Part shown: positions 58,181 to 64,000 of the stretch, piece by piece | Numbering within the stretch: position 1 is the stretch's first letter | How the letters are laid out: each line of letters begins with the position of its first letter | Assembly: GCA_012295275.1 (NCBI GenBank) | Contig: CM022679.1 | Location: forward strand, 9,424,001-9,488,000 | Length of the DNA stretch: 64,000 nucleotides | From: Chrysomallon squamiferum | Lineage: Eukaryota > Animalia > Mollusca | Direction of reading: 5' to 3' | The notes under the pieces: generated by a model | Databases searched by the model: none | Told to the model about the DNA's origin: nothing | What the model saw: the letters and a program-made list of their open reading frames with translations, nothing else | Position numbers and translations under genes: made by a program

Positions 58181-59452
58181 GAGGTAAATGTTACCTACTG
58201 TGTCCAACAAGTAAACTGATTATTTTGTTTCCATGTCCATGATGTTACTTGCTAGCTGAGGATAAATCAAATTTCAAAGGTATTTACTTCAGTCTTTGTT
58301 TGCCAGTTTGCATCAGACTTCAGTTTCTGATGTTTCTCAAACTCAATTTGAACAGTCATTTCCGTCTTCCTAAACTGGCAAATTTACCATTCACTCCTTT
58401 TTATTAATTTCATCTGCATAAGGTTCCTCGGTTTTATCTTACTCAGATAAGTAAATTGAATTAATAATACATTTTATATATATATATTTTTTTTTACAAA
58501 ATTTAAAAAACTAAAATAGAGGAAAGAAAGAATCTATACACATATATTCAAGCTTGTATTTTTAATTTGATTGCTGTGTTTAAGGGAATATTCCTTAGGG
58601 GAAAAAAATTATCTTTATAATAAATCTTTAACTTACTGTGAAGTGTAAGGAAAAGTAGATAGAAGGAAGATAAAAAGCTGATGTTCTTAAGCTAACATTA
58701 CAAAGTCGTGCTGCTTCTTAACAAAACAACAATACTTCTTTTGTACCCCCCCACCCTGTTCTACTCTGTCTTGTTCATTCAAGAAAGCTGTTGTAATTTT
58801 TTTATATAACATTATGCAAATGTGTTTCTGTCTTGTTTGAGATTTTTATTTTTCAAACAAGGAAGAAAGACACTAAAAAACATTTCAACAGGAGATCAAG
58901 CTTTGAAAGATAAGATTTTATTCAAACCATAACAGCCACATTTCCTGCATGTCTGCTTGATCCTCGACATTTTAACAATATTAACACATTATTATTATTA
59001 TTATTATTATTACTACACACACATTTTAATAATAAAATTAAAAATCTCTAATATTATAGATTTAAACTATTTTTTTTTTTTTTATATATATAGCCACCTT
59101 CTGACAACCTGTTGAATTTCACATATGTGTATGTTTGGCAATACAAGACAGAGAGAGAGAGAGAGTGAGCACACTGTGTAATGTAATGATTTCCACCTTG
59201 TTTTTGACCTTTTATTGTGTGCACTCGTATCATGGTTTTTATTTCTGTTTTCTGTCTCTCAGGGCAGGAGCAGAGCCATGTAAGTTGTTATGCTTTGAGC
59301 TAAAGGAATTTCTGATTTACCTTCCTGTTTCACTGGGTCAGTCAGTGTTATGGGTCACATTAATCTAAATACATTTTCATTTTGACAGTGAACTATTGTA
59401 CCGAGAATATATTGCTTTCAGTTTAACGTAACAATATATATGTTTACGCCCA

Positions 59453-59453
59453 T

Positions 59454-59524
<71 letters not shown>

Positions 59525-59568
59525 GTACTACTATTACTGCTACTAATAATGATGATGATGATGATGAT
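59453..59568. repeat. (ACT)n then (GAT)n microsatellite
   Basis: Read directly. Confidence 0.92.
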
Positions 59569-61986
59569 AGTTTCTGTTACATGTTACAGTGCATATGTAT
59601 ACACATATAAATTAATAAATATAATAAATATAATAATAATAATAATAATATATTAGTTTTTGTTTCACATAAGAATTCACCAATAAATAAATAAATAAAT
59701 AAATATAATAATAATAATAAGAAGAAGAAAAAAAAAAAGAAACTAAATTATTTTTGAATTATTATTCTATTACAGATAAGAATGCATATGTATACCATTA
59801 ATAATATCAATAACAGTAATAATAACTGAAAAAAAAAAAATAAAACAAGTGTTCAAAACATTTGGTAATTCTGTAATATCTTTAACTTACTCGATCAGTT
59901 TTTGTACTCAATTAATTATGAAATAACAAAAAAATAAATCACATTCAGAACACACATACGTGTGTTTACACATCATTTACTATAAACTCTGTTTGACCCT
60001 GCAGTTATTTACGGAGTAAAATATATAATTACTTTATGTGCCTTTATAATTTTTTTTTTTATCAAGCTACAGCAATTTTTGCAGCAAGAAGGCCAGTCAA
60101 GAATATCTCTTCATAGGGATCTGCTGATATAGCAGTATGCATTCTGTAAATTAACACAGCCATCCAGCTGATGCTGTTACCGTGGAAACAGTGAAACAAA
60201 GACATCACCGACCATCACCTCTAATGCTCAAGATTAACCAATGAGATATGAGTTTGCATTCTTGAGCATGTCACATGAAATAGTTGATTTTAATTCATTG
60301 ATTTTTTTTTGTTGTGTTTTTTTTTTTTTTTGTGTGACAAAAGCTGAGACTAGAGAGAGAGAGAGAAAAAAAATTTCCTTTCTGTTACTGTGAGGCTGGG
60401 TGAGAAAAGGGCCAGTATGAACAATGGAATATTTTTATATCTGATACACAAGGCTTGTTCCCCATTTATAAATAACCAAGATAATTGATGATTCAGTTTA
60501 TTTCAGCATTCTCTCAATCTGCCCGTTTGTTTGTTCATTCCAACCATCTGTCATTCTTGCATGTTTTTTTTTAATTCACTCCATCCTTCAGTCTGTTTAT
60601 TTGTTCATATTGCAATCTCAAGACATCCATTTATCTGTTTCTCTTTTAAAATGGAAAATCTACCTTGAAATTTACAGGTTTTTAATATTTATATATATAT
60701 ATATATATATATATAAACTTGTGATGAGTAGCATAATCAAACAAGGATGTAATAAATTAAAGTGTATTTTGCTTATTAATTACAGAATTGTTTAATCTGG
60801 CCTTGATGAATAAAATTATTATTATTAATCACTGCTGCAGTTGTTGAGTAAATCAAATTACACAAATAACGAGACAAGCATAAATAATTTTATATAGCAG
60901 TGTGCTAACAATGCGTGTGTTTTTAAGCTTATATATTTGTGTGTGTGTGTGCATGTACATGCATTTATATGTGTGTGAACACGTGTATGCATATGTGTGC
61001 ATTTGGGCATGAAAATCTGCATGGAATACAAGGTTGTTTTTTTTATATGTTTATTTCTCCATCGTTGAAATGTAGAGGTTTGTGCTGATGCATGCATACT
61101 TAATGTGCATGTAAACATGTTTCAGTACACGTGTGTGTGTGTGTGTGTGTGTGTTATGGCTCTGGAACTGGGGTTTATCTGTACTCCCTGTGTTAGAGGT
61201 GACGAGGTCAGATAAATGAGGAAATCTGTGTGTGCACAGTCCTTCACCTCTCTCCACAGTGGGTTCACTTCAGATAACCTGGCCATCTTCAGATAATTAT
61301 CTTTTCCCATGCATTGATTTTACAAAAAAAAAAAAATATATAATAAAAATCTAGTTTCTGTGATATTATTTTCTTATACAGATTACCTATCTCCCCAGAA
61401 TGTTTTTTTTTTCTTTTTTTTTTTTACACCACATTGTTCTTTTGTACATAATAAATGAAATAAAAATTTAAAAAAAAAACAACACATGCAGGATGATAAT
61501 GAGATTAAATAGCTTGAAACACTTGCCTTGAGGTTTTTGGCTGCTGTGTTTGACAAGTTGAAGTAAATCAATGTCGCGTATTGGAGATCCAGCATAAGAT
61601 GAGTCAGGCAAACAGACACTCTCTCAAAACACACACACACACTCTGCTTCATGATAATAATAATAATACACAGAGAGAGAGAGACAGCGTAAAATATTCT
61701 TTTAACAATAGTCACCTGATTAGGGCTGAATCCATTTACCTTTCAGGTGTGGTAAGGAAATCAGAACACGGCCCATTGATGACTGTGGTACTCCATGGCA
61801 AGACACTGCTGTGAAATGTCCAGGAAGTGGGTATTGCTAGTGGTGTTTGTGTGTGTGTGTGCGCTACCACACACTGGGCTAGCTGCTAGTAAACACAGCC
61901 AGCCAATCAGAACTCAGCTTTGTTTCAGTGGAGTGCGCTGCAACCACCAGATGTGTTAACACTGGCAAGATTTTCTACGTCTGCTG

Positions 61987-61987
<1 letters not shown>

Positions 61988-62022
<35 letters not shown>

Positions 62023-62192
62023 GGGTGTGTGTGAGTGAGTAAGTGTGTGTGTGAGTGAGTATGTGTGTGTGAGAGAGTGCATGTGTTGTGTGTGAATGAG
62101 AATGTGTGTTTGTATGTGTTACAGTGTGTGTATGTGCATTTGTGGATGTTTGAAAGAGAGTATGTGTGTGTGTGTTTGAATGTGTTTGTGTG
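61988..62192. repeat. Degenerate (TG)n-rich tract
   Basis: Read directly; source of spurious HT/VC-rich ORFs. Confidence 0.85.
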
Positions 62193-64000
62193 TAATGAAA
62201 AAGTGTATAAATATATTTCTGTGAACAAGGAAAGTATAAGACATAAAATCAAAAACAAAAACAAAACAGACCTGAATCTAAAATCATTACAAAAAAATTA
62301 AAATTAAAAATAATAATAATAATCATAATCATAATCATAATAAAATTCAAAATAATAATAATTAAATAAAAATGAAACCTAAAAGTACTACGATAAAAAA
62401 CATGAAAACAACCCCATCACACATACATGTGCCTACACAAAAAAAACAAAAAACAAACAACAAAAACAAGTACAGCAACAGTTACAAAAGTGCATGTTAT
62501 CTGCTGAGATAAATGAAAGTAACAACAAGGACAGCTTTAAAAATAAAATATCCGTTTTGAAAATCAGTTGTTTTTTTTGAAGAAAAGTGAAGACAGCGTG
62601 ACTCACTCAGATGTAAAACAGTGGCTTCTTTTTATCACAGCAAAGTAGCTGATTGTCATTCCACAATTCAACTCTCAGCATTCTTAACATCTCTTTCAGC
62701 AGTTTCAAATGAGGCAAACCCACAGCTCAGTTGATAATCATCTCTAGATGTACACCACTGCACACACTTATAGTTTGTTTTCCATTCAGTTTCTCTAGCG
62801 GTTTCTTAATTCATTTTTCTTTCTTTTCTGTTATTCAGTTTTCGTTTCTTTTTTTTTTTTTTTTGGATTTGGTGGGTGTGTGGGAGGTGATGTTAATGAA
62901 TGAACAGGTGAGAATGGGTGTGTGTGTTTGCTGTTGTATATGTGTCAGTAAGAATAGCAATTAATGTAATTTGATACAGTGTCTGCATATGAAAAGCTTA
63001 CCAGTACTAAAAGATTTAATGTAAAAATCTGGAATATTTTCAAATTTCTTTTTTTTCTTTAAATGTTTAATTCAGTTAATAATTGTCTTTTAATTTAATA
63101 AAAAATATCAATAAATCATTTCCTCCTTTTTTTTTTTTTTTTTTTTTTAATTGCTTTTGAAAACAAGCCAACTTAGTTAATAGGTGCGTTTTTTTCTCCC
63201 ATTTATTAAAAACCAGGATGTCTTTGTTTTAACTTCAAATATTTTTTTTTTTTTTTTATAAGAATAACATCTGGCTAATACAAGATTCTGTAGCTGACAA
63301 CCTGACACAGGGCTGGATTTTTTAATTATTTTTATTAATATTTTTATACTTATATATATTTTCATTATTCGTTTTATTTTCTCTTTTTTTCTGTTATTTA
63401 CATTGGAGTGGAGTGGCTCTGGGATCTTGCCAGATTAGTTTACCTGTAAAAATGTCAGGTAGGAGACTAAGTCAGCTACAAATGTTACACCATACAGCTG
63501 GCAAGCAACCAAAAGTCCAGTTTTTATCATCAACATAATAAACTCAATGATATTTTCATTTAAAAAAAAAATATATATATATATATTTTTTTAACACTCC
63601 TATTTATTCCATTTGTAAATAAAAAATAAATAAATAAATAAATAAAAAAGATAAATGCCTTCAGAAAGAATGTTAAAATGTCTTGCTATTATCAGCATCT
63701 GATTAAACTGAGGATTGTGTTACATAGGGTTAGTAATACTTGTTTGAAAGATATTAATAACAAACAAAAAAAGAGATAAAGGTATTTATGTTGGTTCTTT
63801 GTGTACTGACTCCTGTATTCAAGTGTGTTCTATTGAGTCACTGATTTATTCACCTGTGGAGTAATTTTTATTTACATACTGTAATGTGTAATCAAACAAA
63901 TGCATTCAGAATGTGGAGCAAGGCCTTGATGCTAAAATATTAAAAAAATATAAAATAGTTTTAATACGTGCTACAGATATCAGGCTGCGAAATGTTAATA

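Overview
Very AT-rich, intron-containing animal genomic DNA; an invertebrate, probably a mollusc, inferred from gene style and SINE relics. Four spliced protein-coding genes were rebuilt by hand with consistent splice phases. (1) PAQR3, + strand, 3430-6875, 6 exons, with a 1-nt homopolymer frameshift in exon 1. (2) A Numb-associated kinase (AAK1/BMP2K co-orthologue), - strand, 32656-13657, 16 exons, ~1269 aa, with candidate alternative last exons inside its 7.7-kb last intron. (3) ASH2L, + strand, 34057-40005, head-to-head with the kinase; its last ~120 codons are not visible in the following 24 kb, and a 7-nt stop-containing micro-exon follows the last canonical exon. (4) An unrecognised 548-aa type I membrane protein, - strand, 50497-42406, 8 coding exons; its disordered tail has an AKAP-like amphipathic helix, an RVxF-type motif, SxIP, an Akt/14-3-3 motif and a PDZ ligand. 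The rest is intron, UTR or intergenic DNA with microsatellites, degenerate minisatellites, tRNA-derived SINE relics and hAT-type MITE relics. No database searches could be run; family assignments rest on recognised motifs.
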